Part shown: positions 35,101 through 48,580 of the stretch, in pieces
How the letters are laid out: each line of letters opens with the position of its first letter
Numbering within the stretch: position 1 is the stretch's first letter
DNA from: Macrostomum lignano
Taxonomy: Eukaryota
Assembly: GCA_002269645.1 (NCBI GenBank)
Contig: NIVC01000640.1
Location: 248,001 to 312,000 of the forward strand
Direction: 5' to 3'
Length of the DNA stretch: 64,000 nt
Notes under the pieces: generated by a model
The model's input: only the letters and a program-made list of their open reading frames with translations
Database searches by the model: none
What the model was told of the DNA's origin: nothing
Program-made: the position numbers and the translations under genes

Positions 35101-35417
35101 TGTAGATAAGCTAAAAGGAGGATGCTTTGCTTAGAAGCATTTAACACTGGAATTACAACAACCTCGCATGGCATTGTGAGCAAAACCTGCTCAAATACTA
35201 CCGTCCTTAGCTTAAAAAAGCGATACTCACTTTTAAAAATAGATCAGGCATTTGACTGATTGAAACTACGCAGAAAAACGAATTTTAACTACTTTTGCTG
35301 TGAAAATTTTAAAGATAAAATTAACTATTACTGCTTAGATGGCTTCACACTGAGAATTGGTTTGTGCACTATGTAAAATCTAAAAATTGCAAATTCTAAT
35401 TACGACACTCGACACTC

Positions 35418-37118
<1,701 letters not shown>

Positions 37119-38825
37119 AAAATTTTTTAAAGTGATTTTTTGACTAATTTTATTTGATACTATGGAATGCAGGAAAATATGTAAAATGTTGAGCTTTATT
37201 TAAATAAAAACCATAGAGTATAAAAAATGGAAACAAAAATTACCAATGTAGCAGTGTTGCATAACAGACTTGACATTTTAATAAGATTTATGTCCTACTA
37301 ATTTAAATATACTTTATGCCTGGTTGATAGAGTGAATAAATATAGAAAATCAATAGACCCAGACCTATTTTTTTGTTTCTATATATTATTTAGTGTATTT
37401 CAGTCCACATTTTATCAAAAATATATTTTTCTAATCCTTTATTTATAAGGCATCAAATGCCATTTAAATACAAGTGGTGAGCAAACCCCCCATCCCAAGA
37501 ATGGGTAGAGAGGATGGCACACAAAGGCAGCACAAAGTACAGTGCAAGGAGGAGTGGATGGCTAACATTTATTTTACTCCAGGCTCACAAACAAATCCTA
37601 AGAGAAATGGAGGCAATAAAGCATTTCTTGTGCTTTTAAATGGTTTCATGTTGCTTTTACATTATTTTTTCTTTTTGAAGGCAGAAACTTTTTTTCTCAA
37701 TTTGATAGAAATACAAATATATATAGATATAATTGGGAGATGTTTAAACTGGTATGTGAATAGAAGTGGGGGTAAAAGTGAAAATAACATGCATCAAATA
37801 GATTGTGACAAAGTCTGCAATAAAATTTAATGCTAGCAATGTGAGTCATCAGCTTTATTGGTAGAAAAAACATTATATAGATTTAAAATAGAACTTTTAT
37901 TGTGAAAAAATGAAAAAAATTCTTGAAAAAATGATATTTATTTAAAATATATCTGATAATGTGTCTGACACTGCTTATAGGGTTGCTTGATAAGTTTGCA
38001 GATGGAATTGAGGGACTAATTTGCAAAATGGTTTTATAAGATAGAAAAATGCAGCAGTCTATCTGATGCATTTGTTGAAATTGTTGAAATCTCACTAGGT
38101 GGGGATATATGCAAATAAATTTTTGAAGTAACAGCATATTTAGAAGTGTCTTTTTCTTCAAACTTATTAAGCAAAATTTGTACAAACATAGAACATATTA
38201 ACTAAGAGAATATGATTCTCAATGAAAAGCAAAAAGGTTATCTAGACTATAGGTTATATTTCAAATAACCCAATTTCAAACTTGTTTGTATAAGAGTAAG
38301 AATAATAAGAAAACATACTATTTTCTTAAAATTTTATGCACTAACATTTTTTAGGTTTAGGTTATCTGATCATTTTGGCAGCAAATAGTCATTTAGTGAT
38401 AATTTTGTTTTATGCCAAACACATTTTGCTTTTAATGAAAGCCACCAATTTTCTATAACATTTTTGTTTATAACTTTTATTTCTTTTTGTTTTGCTTATA
38501 AGAGCATATTTACTATTGTTATATAATACTCTAAATAGACAATTTGTTAATGTATGAGGTATATCCCAAAAGTAAGTTTCCCTCCTCATATGTACCATGG
38601 CATCCAAGAAGCTTAGCTAAGTGCCATGTATGTTGTTGCTTTCTTTTTTGTCTATGGCCCAACCTTAAAGTTCCTAAGTCCTAGCTTGTTCTTGAGCTGC
38701 ATGGCTGCAACCAAAGCATACAACCCTTTGCAACCATGGTCACATCTAGCTTATTCTCTTACTATAATGTTTGAAACATCATAAGTTTTCTATACTGTCT
38801 GGAAAATTGACACCAAATTCACCAA

Positions 38826-39122
38826 CATACATGCGCAACAGTCGGCCGAGTCGGCCGATCCGGCCGACCGATTTGGCGGCCAATCAAGGAGTCGCAAAAA
38901 TGCCCACCCAAAAAATAACCCGAGTAGTAGTACTAAGTAGCTGACGAGGCATTTTAGCTTAATAAAACAGTCATAGTTACTCCTGCCGTTTACCCAAAGT
39001 TGCGTTAATTTTGCTTTCGGGTTTTTTTATATGTAAGTCGCATTTTTGGCCAAAAACTACGTCGCATTTTTGTTAAAACTAAGTCGCACGGCTGACCGAA
39101 TTTTGGAGGTTGCACATGTATG
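38826..39122 (-). mobile_element. CATACATGCGCAAC-TIR MITE (~297 bp)
   Basis: 14-bp TIR; perfect 8-bp TSD ttcaccaa. Confidence 0.92.
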
Positions 39123-39372
39123 TTCACCAAGAACTTGTGAAAGTCCTAGGAGAAGCCGCACTATCCATTCAAATAGTCAAGAAGTGGGTGCAAGAAATTT
39201 GAGGATGCGACTGCATGGAGGACAAAGAGCATTCTGGATGACCAAGGACTCTAACAACTGATGCCAATGCTGATTGCATGATGGCTGCTATAAGTGAAGA
39301 CAATAGAAGGACTTGCAGTGAGCTGGAGGAACTCCTTGGCATTCCTCACAGCACTATCCACTGCATTCTAAC

Positions 39373-39672
39373 CATACATGCGCAACCTCTGAAATTCGGT
39401 CGGCCATGCGACTTAGTTTTAACAAAAATGCGACGTAGTTTTTGGCCAAAAATGCGACTTACATGTAAAAAAAAACCCTAAAGCAAAATTAACGCAACTT
39501 TAGGTAAACGGCAGGAGTAACTATGACTGTGTTATTAATCCAAAATGCCTCGTCAGCTACTTAGTACTACTATTTGGTTATTTTTTTGGGTGGGCATTTT
39601 TGCGACTTACTTGGTTGGCCGCCAAATCGGTCGGCCGGATCGGCCGACTCGGCCGACTGTTGCGCATGTATG
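39373..39672 (+). mobile_element. CATACATGCGCAAC-TIR MITE (~300 bp), opposite orientation to the 38826 copy
   Basis: 14-bp TIR; perfect 8-bp TSD attctaac. Confidence 0.92.
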
Positions 39673-42600
39673 ATTCTAACCAAGAATTTATGCCTTCAGA
39701 AGCTTTTTGCCAAATTGGTGCCATACTTACTAACTGATGAGCAGATGGAAGAGCAGGTGGTGGTATCCTGGGACTGCCTCCATTGGGTTTGTTGTGAAGG
39801 CAAGGGATTTCTCAGTAGAATAGTGACTGGAGATGAGACATGGGTCTACAAATGGGACCTAGAGCTGAAGCAGCAGTTAATGCAATGGCTTCCAATAGGA
39901 TTGGCAAGTCCTAAGAAGGCAAGCAAGGCTCATTAAAGGTGATACACATCATTTTTACATTGATAGGATCATTCTGGACTGGCCTATGCCTATGGATACC
40001 AAAGTGAATGGTGAGTACTATTGATGGGTGCTTCAAGAGAAACTGCAATCAGCAATAAGGAAAAAGCAGCCAGGCCTTCTAGAAAGAGGTGCCATCTTCT
40101 ATCACAACAATGCCCCAGTGCATTGGGCCAGATGGGTTGAAGAGCTGCTTGACTCCTGGAATTGGGCAGTTCTCTGCCACTGGCGCTACTTGCCTAATTT
40201 GGCTCTAGTGGACTTCTATCTGTTCCCACAGATGAAAAAGAGCCTTTGTGGCTAGCATTTTGGATCTGAGAAACAGTTGAACAACAGCGCTTCATCAGCT
40301 CATTAACATCTGGCAATTGCCGGCTACAGGCTTACCTTTGAAGCGTGGGTGCGTCACTGGGAAAAGTGCATTAAGCTTGGCGACCAATTTGAAGAGTGAC
40401 AAATATTTGAAATTGTGGTTGGACAAAGTTTATATTTTTTAAAACTAATTACTCACTGTTGGCATTTGACCAAAACTCACTTTTTGGGATATACCTTGTA
40501 TTATAAAATGAAAATGAGAATTGGATAGATTATATAAAGGAGTAGCAAAGGGTAAAGAAATGGAAATCTTAAAAATAAAAAACCATAATAATGAAAAAAA
40601 TTAATATGACAATTTTATATTAAAATATATCCTCATTTAAACCCCCTTACTTTTGTCTATTATCTATTTAGAATATTGTATGATAAAAGTAAATATAAAA
40701 ATCATTATTGAATACACTAAAATAAGATAAATATGTACAGTTGGTATGCATCCTAGACCTGGGTTTTTTTCATCCATAACTTGGGTACAATTTTCAAGAC
40801 CAGGATACGCTGCACTGCTATAGACAAAAACTAGTCTAACATTAATAGTGTGTTTTAAATTACTAGCTAATTCTAAGAATACAAAGTTATAGACTGAAGA
40901 TGTCCACCACACTCTAGATCATGTAGTATACGCCCAAAATTTGGGCATGATTTGGCTTTGCATGCCAAAATTAGGCATGCATAGTTGGCGTGCATCATTC
41001 TTGAGAAAAAAAATACATGCACACCTGGCATGTATTTTACAGAATCACACGTGAGAGTTATTGTAAAGTAGAAAAAATATAACTGTAAATAGTATTGCCA
41101 AAAAAGCATAAAAAGCAACCAAATTATCTCATAAAAGGGTCTATTACACAATTTAAAGGTATTTTGTTGTCCCAATGAAAAAAAGGTTATTTATTGTCAC
41201 AACACCAGCATATTTTTGAGAATGGGCATGTACTACATTTTTGGCATGTATTTGTAATTATTCAATTTTTGTTGGGGCATGCACCCAGCATGATCCAGAC
41301 TATGGGACATCCATAACACTAAATTGTGAAATAGGCATCACATCCTTGCAAAAAATTCTGGTGCACTTTTAGCACCCTGAGTCAAATTTCAAAGTGCGAT
41401 TTTTAAGACCAGGATGCTTTTTGCACCCATTTGCACAAAAAACCCAGTGTGCATCACTCTTTAAAAAAATTATATATGCACACCTGGCATGTACTTAATA
41501 AAATCACAAAAAGCTTACTATAGCCCTAGCAATAATAATAATTAAAAAATGACAATTTTTAAATATACTCTATAGGCCGATTATATTATTTAAGTATAAA
41601 CATAACATAGCAATGGATCGAGAAAATTTCTCAATCCAAATTTCAGAACCAAAACAGTTCTGGAACCGATTCTAAAACGGAGCAGGCAATATAAAAAGCT
41701 CCAAACCGATTCGGATTCTGGTTCTGGAATTGGTAATATGAAAAGCCTAAATGAAGAAATAGACTAAAGCCTACTATCATAGGCTATAAATCTAGTCTTT
41801 AAAACTTTGAGATTGATGGTCAAGCAACATTATCTACAGGACTTCGTTGACTTGTTACCAAAAGCTTGACGCATTTTTTTGTTAATGAAGTTAATATATT
41901 TCATATATTTATTTTTCGTCAAAATAATAATAACAGAATGTGCAAATCATAAACTTGTATGCATAGAAATAGTCTATAATGAACTTTTCTCATCTAAAAA
42001 AACTTTTTACAAACATTTTATATCTTTACGCAAGCTATATCTTTTAACTGACGCTTTTTTACTTTTATTTTGTTTTAACTTCGTAACATTCCGGCCTTAA
42101 AGTTGCAGTCTTAAGATTTTTATGAACTTTATTTTAAGCTACGTTAATTAAGCTTCGATTTTGTGTAGCTTCTTGTTTTTTACTTACTTTGCCATACTGT
42201 ATGTACCCTGCCCTCTTGCACTCGACTATAGTTATAATAAATGGGTCCTTTTTTCATAATGTAAATGAATTGTTTTGTCTCAACATGCATAAAGTTAAAT
42301 TCAGAAATAGATTTTTATTAATAGGAATTGGAATGAAATGCTTAATTGTTTAACACCTAGGCCTAGAGAAGCCATGCAAATGGATGAACAAGCATGTTTT
42401 TTAGCCTTTATGTAACGGCTTGTGGATTTATAAGATAAGCAGATCCCAGCGGACGTCAGGAAACAGACGAACAGCTTACAGAAAGACGTGAGGTAGAAAT
42501 TCCGTCGCTTGTCAGTCAGCGTCGCTGATGTCGCCTGGCATGCAGAGCAAGATCGCGTTTTGTGTTTTGAGTGTTGATCACCAGGCCGAGAAGGCGAAAA

Positions 42601-44323
42601 GTCCGATAGGCTGTCCGTTGTTCTATTCCTACTGTAAGCCATATAGACAGTCCCCACGAGAGCTATACTGTTACTTGTAAATCTAAGTCACAAAAGAAAA
42701 GTCATGTAAAAACAGAGGTTCTACAGACGAGTATGTATCAATAAATTTGAAACGGTAGGGCGTTGGAAACAAAACTTTATAATTATCAAATTTGCTTTAC
42801 TTCAATCAAATTATGCACCAGTTTATTTACTCATTTTTTCTCAGAAAAAAAGTTGAAAAGAACGTTGTTGCGTAGAGAAGAAGACGTTTTGTTTAACATT
42901 ACTAGCGGCCTTTTTGGCGAAGTAGATTCAATCCACTATACTAAAAATATTATTTACTAAATTTCACTGCAACAGCGCAGAGATGACCAAAGCCGATTGA
43001 CTGCCCCCAGGATTGTACTAAATGTATGAATATTATATTAATCATAGCTCTCTATATCACACTGTACAATATAAGCTTCTATAAGATCTTGACAGGCTTT
43101 TAGAGATTTCCATTTTCTAAGTAACCTAATAATAAAAGTTACTAATTAAGAACTGACTATTCTAATAAAAGTTACGCGCTAAATGAAGACTGTTTAGCTT
43201 AAAACATTTATTCATTATCTTAATCTGATGCGCCAAGAAAACAAATGCTGCGACAACCGAAACAAAAAAGAGACAAATTAATAGTAATAAAAAACACCGC
43301 CGCCACCAACTCGAGTCTTTGGGTAGGAGAAAGTTGAATGATGGACAGAGAGAGAAACGGGTGCGAACTAAAATAACGACAGGAGTTATCCCCAGCTCAG
43401 ATTCCATCTAACTGGCATAGTTGTCCAGGCTGATTTCTTTCTGCAGAAATAGCTCAAATCTACGAGCGTAGATACAATATGCAAAATATAGCCTTTAAAC
43501 TAACAAACGCATAGAGACTAATTAATGTCTTAACAGTCATGCTCTAGCCGTAGGTGATGACAATGCAATGAGATATAGGCCAATATAGGTAAGGTGGCGC
43601 GCGTACGAAAAAAATTAGTAAGAAAATTTTAAACAGAAAAAGGAAAACAAAGACGCACTAGTAAAAAAGGAGGGATGATTCTAACGATATCTGTTATAGC
43701 CTTCCCGTGCACAAGCTCTATCACTAGGGGCGCGGCAGTGTTTGTTTTGATATAATTTCTATTGCGCTCCACCTGCTAGCTCAACTCGGCGGCAAACAAA
43801 AGGAAACCATTGACGCCAATATATTGAGAAAATGATGAAGATTAGTACAATACTCGTATTATTATTATTAGTAGTAGTAGTACAGTTGATAAAATCGCCA
43901 GAAAGAAACCAAGGATCCGCGGAGTTTAGCTCATTGTTTAAAGAGCTAATAAACGTCACAAAAGCTCCGCTCAAAAAGATGACGCAACCAATATCCATGG
44001 CCCTTCCTACAAAGCGTTTTCGCTGCGTGCATAGCGTCGCACAGAGGAAAAGCAGCAAGAGCAACAGCATGCCAATTTTTTATTATAATCAACTAGATAA
44101 GTTGTTGAAAAAGAAATCAAATTGAGGGGGTTCCTAACGCTTGGTTGAATTCGGATCGGGCAAAACGCTGGATGTTATACATGTAATTAAACGGCCCCCA
44201 CCTCTCAGCAATCGAGCAAATTGTTATCGGGCGCGAGAAGGGGATTAACAACGGAACACAACGAGCCTCGATAGTACTGATAGCCTGGTCCCAAGCCAGA
44301 TCCCATCCGATTTCTAAGCCGGC

Positions 44324-46571
44324 TTACTCGGCGGCCACAGGGTCCGACTGGTTCTCGGCTGGACCGCCGGCGTCACCGTTGCCGCCTTCGCCTCGAGGAC
44401 GGCGAGGGCGATTGCGCCTGCGGCCGCCGCCGCGAGAACCGCCACGGCCGCCGCCGCCGCCACCGCCGAAAGCCTCCAGAGCGGCGTAGAATCCGCGCGG
44501 CCCGTCATAATAATAATATCCATCCGGAGCGTAGAATCCGCCGTTCTCGTCAATGTAGCCGGGCTGCGGATAGTCGCCTGGATAGCCGCCGCCACCGCCG
44601 CCTCGACCACCGCGGCGGCCACCTCCCTTGCCGCCGCCAACCTGGTTGCGCAGCTGTTCGAACTCGTTGAAGCGCATATCGGCCTGGCGGCGCTGGTTAA
44701 ATAGCTTTGGATCGTCGCCGCCTTCGCCTTCAACGTCACCCTCGCCGCCGGAGTGCTGCTGCTGGCGGCGGCGCCGATTTGATGGCTTCTTTTTACGCTG
44801 CCGGCGCTGGCCGGGAGCGGCGTCGCCTTCGGCCTCGCCTTCACCCTCGCCGCCAGGGGCTTCGTCGTTCTCTCCGCCGCCTCCGCGCCTGTTGCGAGGC
44901 TTCCGCTGACGCCGACGACGCTGGTCGCCCTGGCCAGTTTCGCCTTCGCCTTCACCTTCGCCGCCGGTCTCGCCATCGCCAGCCGAGGGTCGATTTCGGT
45001 TGCGACGGTTGCGGAACCTGCCGCCGCCACCGCCGGGCTTGATGCAACGGCTAACCGGTTTGTCGTTGCGCAGAAAAAATTCGTACAAGCCGCAGGCCGG
45101 ACAGACTGGCCGACGTTCGGCCGTCTGCGCCTGCTCGTCGCCGCCTTCAGGCCGGTTCTCCTGCTGCGCGCGGGCGCTGTTCTCAATTAGACTCACAATG
45201 CAACCCCGGTGGTAGAAATGGCCACAGTGGGAACGCCAGCTCTCGGAATCGCCAGCAACCAGGTCGGCCTTGCAATTCGGGCACTCGTGGACGCGTTGGT
45301 CAAGTAGAAAGCGGCGCACAATCTGCGGCGAGGGGAGGTCAGAGCCGAGTGTTCGATTATGGCCATGTAAGGATCAAGGACTACTCAAGTTGGATGGGAA
45401 ACCTCGTTTCTTGGAAAATTTTAGGAGGCAAGCTTTTTACACTACGGAGATAGGAGTTTTCACCTTTTCAGCACAAAAATGGTTACTTTTATAATCTACG
45501 TACATCCACTGTACCTTACATACATGCGCAACCTTGGGAATCACTCGGCCGTTTCTATTAGCAACACACACATGTAAGTCACTTTTGGCTGAGAGCAGTC
45601 ACGTGACTACTATTCCGTCCAATAGCGACTTACATGTGTGTGTTGCCAATAGAAATGGGCGGGTGAATCCCTAGGTTGCGCCCAAGCATGGTACCTAGCA
45701 ACCAAAAAAATTTCATGAATATCAATAGAGCTACAAAAAAGGCAAAACATGTCAAAATATGAGCATTGGGTCTGCCTCCTATCGAAATAAAGAACAATTT
45801 TTGAGCTGAAAAAATGAAAACTTCCTATCTCCGTAGTGTATTTTTTTCGGAAGAACCTGCCCCCTAAAATTTTCCAAGAAACGAGGTTTCCTGTTCTTCT
45901 ACTTGAGTAGTGCTTGGTAAGGATAGGTAGCCTGTTTAGTCCAAATTTCATAATTTTTGCCAGTTGACGCTAACGAGTCGCAATACTGACTGATTATAGC
46001 TTTCTAAGCAATAGCAGACTCTAAAGTATGATAAGAAGGGTGAATTATTCGCCATAGATAAGCAAGTCTCAAAGGCTGTGGTAGCCACCACAACCATCTG
46101 CCGACGTAGCCGTTTTAAGGGTCTGATTGCCAATAAGAACAAGAAACTCACCCTGACTAGCAAAAGTACATTCTCTTCGCCTTTCTTCTCTTCGGCAACT
46201 TTAGCTAGTCGTTCGGTCATCTTAGCAATCGCATCGGCCGGCATGCCAGTGTTGGAGACAATCTGCGTAGAGGCGCAGCTCTCCGGGTAGTCGGGTGCGC
46301 AGCTGATGACAGCGGTGGCGGAGAAGCCCGGCTCGCCACCGTCGTCGCCTTCACTTTTCTTGGAAACGCGAATGGTCACAGTGAACTTAATGGCGCCAGA
46401 GTCGCTGCAAATATAGAATAGAATAAAGGCGGAGTGGTCGGATTGCCGATCATCAGCGGAATACAAACATTCAACCGATAAAGGTTATACGCATGACTAA
46501 ATGTTTTACCTCTTGTCGCAAAGGCAATCATCGCCATATTGTTTCTTCAGAATTGCGATCACGCGTTCCAT
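44324..46571 (-). CDS. RNF25: RWD + RING-H2 E3 ubiquitin ligase (RNF25-like), ~437 aa, with a Gly/Arg/Glu-rich RGG tail; exons 46571-46510, 46404-46152, 45322-44324
   Basis: GT-AG introns with consistent phases (2, 0); total 1314 nt. RWD-like MERVIAILKKQYGDD...FTVTI...CAPDYPE...AEEKKGEENVL followed by RING-H2 CPNC...CGHFYHRGC...CPAC with an E/Q-rich insert. Orthology inferred from architecture only. Confidence 0.75.
45375..45916. mobile_element. Foldback MITE (same family as 31188-32144) in RNF25-like intron 2, carrying a nested MITE at 45519-45690
   Basis: Ends CAAGGACTACTCAAGT / ACTTGAGTAGTGCTTG; perfect 8-bp TSD gtaaggat; nested element flanked by gtacctta/gtacctag. Confidence 0.82.
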
Positions 46572-46767
46572 TGTTGATTAACAACTCATGCAAGAAAAAC
46601 AAAAAAGCATTCAGTTGTAAAAAATGCCCATATTGAATTGTTATTATTCATACTCGTATCTTCCTAATAGAAGTGTATTTCTCATATTAATTAGTATCAA
46701 AGTAATATCATTAAAGTATATTAATCACAGTATTATCATTATTGTGTCTATGTTCACCAATGCACTT

Positions 46768-47098
46768 ACTCAACACATTTGCGTGTAAGCTACTTTCTGT
46801 TCAGTAGTAAGTTAAGCTGAAGCATTTCAATGTATTTTTTAAAAGACAAGGCTCATTTAATGGCTCTTACCCCCCCCCCAGCTTAAACCCTCCAACCATG
46901 CACTTTCACACTACCCCCCCCTGTGCACCCCAATTTTAATTGCCTTTCTCTTGGAATTCTAGCCTAAAGCTGGCATGCACATTTCAGTGGACTGGCTAAT
47001 GTACATTACAGTATTGCTGAACTAATTAGCAAGTTGTCTACACCTGCAAGTTTGGGCTTCTAAACTTATCAAAGTAATTTCAGCTGGCTTTATTTTTT
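46768..47098. repeat. Second copy of the interspersed repeat at 678-1010
   Basis: Co-linear similarity by eye. Confidence 0.8.
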
Positions 47099-47734
47099 AT
47101 TTAAAAAGCTTAAATCCAACATATATATATTTGTGTGCGTGTATGCATCTAGTTAAGAACAATCTCAAATAATTGCTAATTATATAAAAAAGTAAATAAC
47201 CTACATAGCAACCAATGTAACCACTCTTGGTTTGCAATAATTGTCTTTAAAATGTCAATGACCTTTGAATATGTTAGACCCTAATCTAATATACTAAAAA
47301 TCTAAATATACTAAATCTCTAAGGTTTGTATGCTTGTCCATAACGCTCTAGTCCTATATACTAAAAATGAGTTGTCTGTATCTATCTATCTATCTAGCTA
47401 TGCGATAGTTTTCAGAAAAATTGGCTCAACCAGTTTTCTTCAAACTTGCACCATTTGATCAGAAATTTTCCTCGCACGGTATATGCATCTTGGCTAAGAA
47501 ATGGCTCAATGTTAAAGGTATTAAATATTTGAAAAACATGCTTTTTTGCAAAGGTCAAGCAAAATTTTCGACTTGAAATGCATTGTGTTCTCTAATTGAA
47601 AAGAGATAGCCCAGATGCGAACAGACTAGAATGCTAATGTAGCGACCTGGGTTCGAATCTTAGCAGTGCAAAAATTTTTTTATTAAAACACTTTAAAAAA
47701 CACAAAATGCTAAACATAAAAAAGCGCAATGTCA

Positions 47735-48150
47735 AACATAAAAGTGGCACCATGTCAAACATAAAATTGGCACCATGTCAAACATAAAAGAGCCATCATG
47801 TCAAACATTAAAGAGCCACTTTGTCTAACATTAAAGAGCCACCATGTCGAACATAAAAGAGCCACCATTTCGAACATTAAAGAGCCACCATTTTGAACAG
47901 TAAAGAGCCGCAATGTCAAGTATAAAAGAGCACCATGTCAAACAATAAAAAGCCACTTTGTCTAACATTAAAGAGCCACCATGTCAGACATTGAAAAGCC
48001 ACCATATCAAACATAAAAGAGCCACCATGTCAACATAAAAGAGCCACCATGTCAACATAAAAGAGCCACCATATCAACATAAAAGAGCCACCATGTCAAA
48101 CATTAAAGAGCCACCATGTCAAACATAAAAGATACACAATTTCAAACATA
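47735..48150. repeat. 22-23 bp tandem repeat ATAAAAGAGCCACCATGTCAAAC
   Basis: About 17 degenerate direct copies. Confidence 0.9.
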
Positions 48151-48580
48151 AAAGTAAGCGAATTTTAAATGAGCCACTATAATGCTAAGGAAATTGTCGC
48201 ACTAGCTACTTATTGTCTGGTGGATGCTTGCTATTTGGGGATGCTTGCTATCTGGAAGATGCTTGCTATCTGGGGGATGCTTGCTATCTCGGGGGTGCTT
48301 GCTATCTGGGGGATCCTTGCTATCTGGGGGGTGCTTGCAATCTGGGGGGTGCTTGCTATCTGGGGGATGCTTGCTATCTGGGGGGTGCTTGCTACCTTGG
48401 GGATGCTTGCTATCTGGGGGATGCTTGCTATCTGGGGGATGCTTGCTATCTGGGGGATCCTTGATATCTGGGGGATGCTTGCTATCTGGGGGAAGCTTGC
48501 TATCTTGGAAATGCTTGCTATCTAGGGGATCCTTGCTATCTGGAGGGTGCTTGCTATCTGGGGGCTGCTTACTATCTGGG

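Larger units (their letters stand above)
38555..40498 (+). mobile_element. Decayed mariner (Tc1/mariner) element with transposase pseudogene, split by two MITEs
   Basis: TIRs TA|TGAGGTATATCCCAAAA and TTTTGGGATATACCTTG|TA. Remnants EDNRRT...TIHCILT/KNL...AKLVP..LT, IVTGDETWV, HNNAPVH and LALVDFYLFPQMK, with stops and frameshifts. About 1.33 kb after removing the MITEs. Confidence 0.9.

Noticed and set aside
45948-46151. C-terminal half of ORF 45948..46466
   Set aside because: Lies after the strong donor AGG|GTGAGT at 46152; splicing to 45322 gives a coherent RWD-RING protein
47600-47670. tRNA gene (A-box-like TAGCCCAGATG, B-box GGGTTCGAATC)
   Set aside because: No convincing cloverleaf by eye; more likely a tRNA-derived SINE fragment within the Helitron-like element
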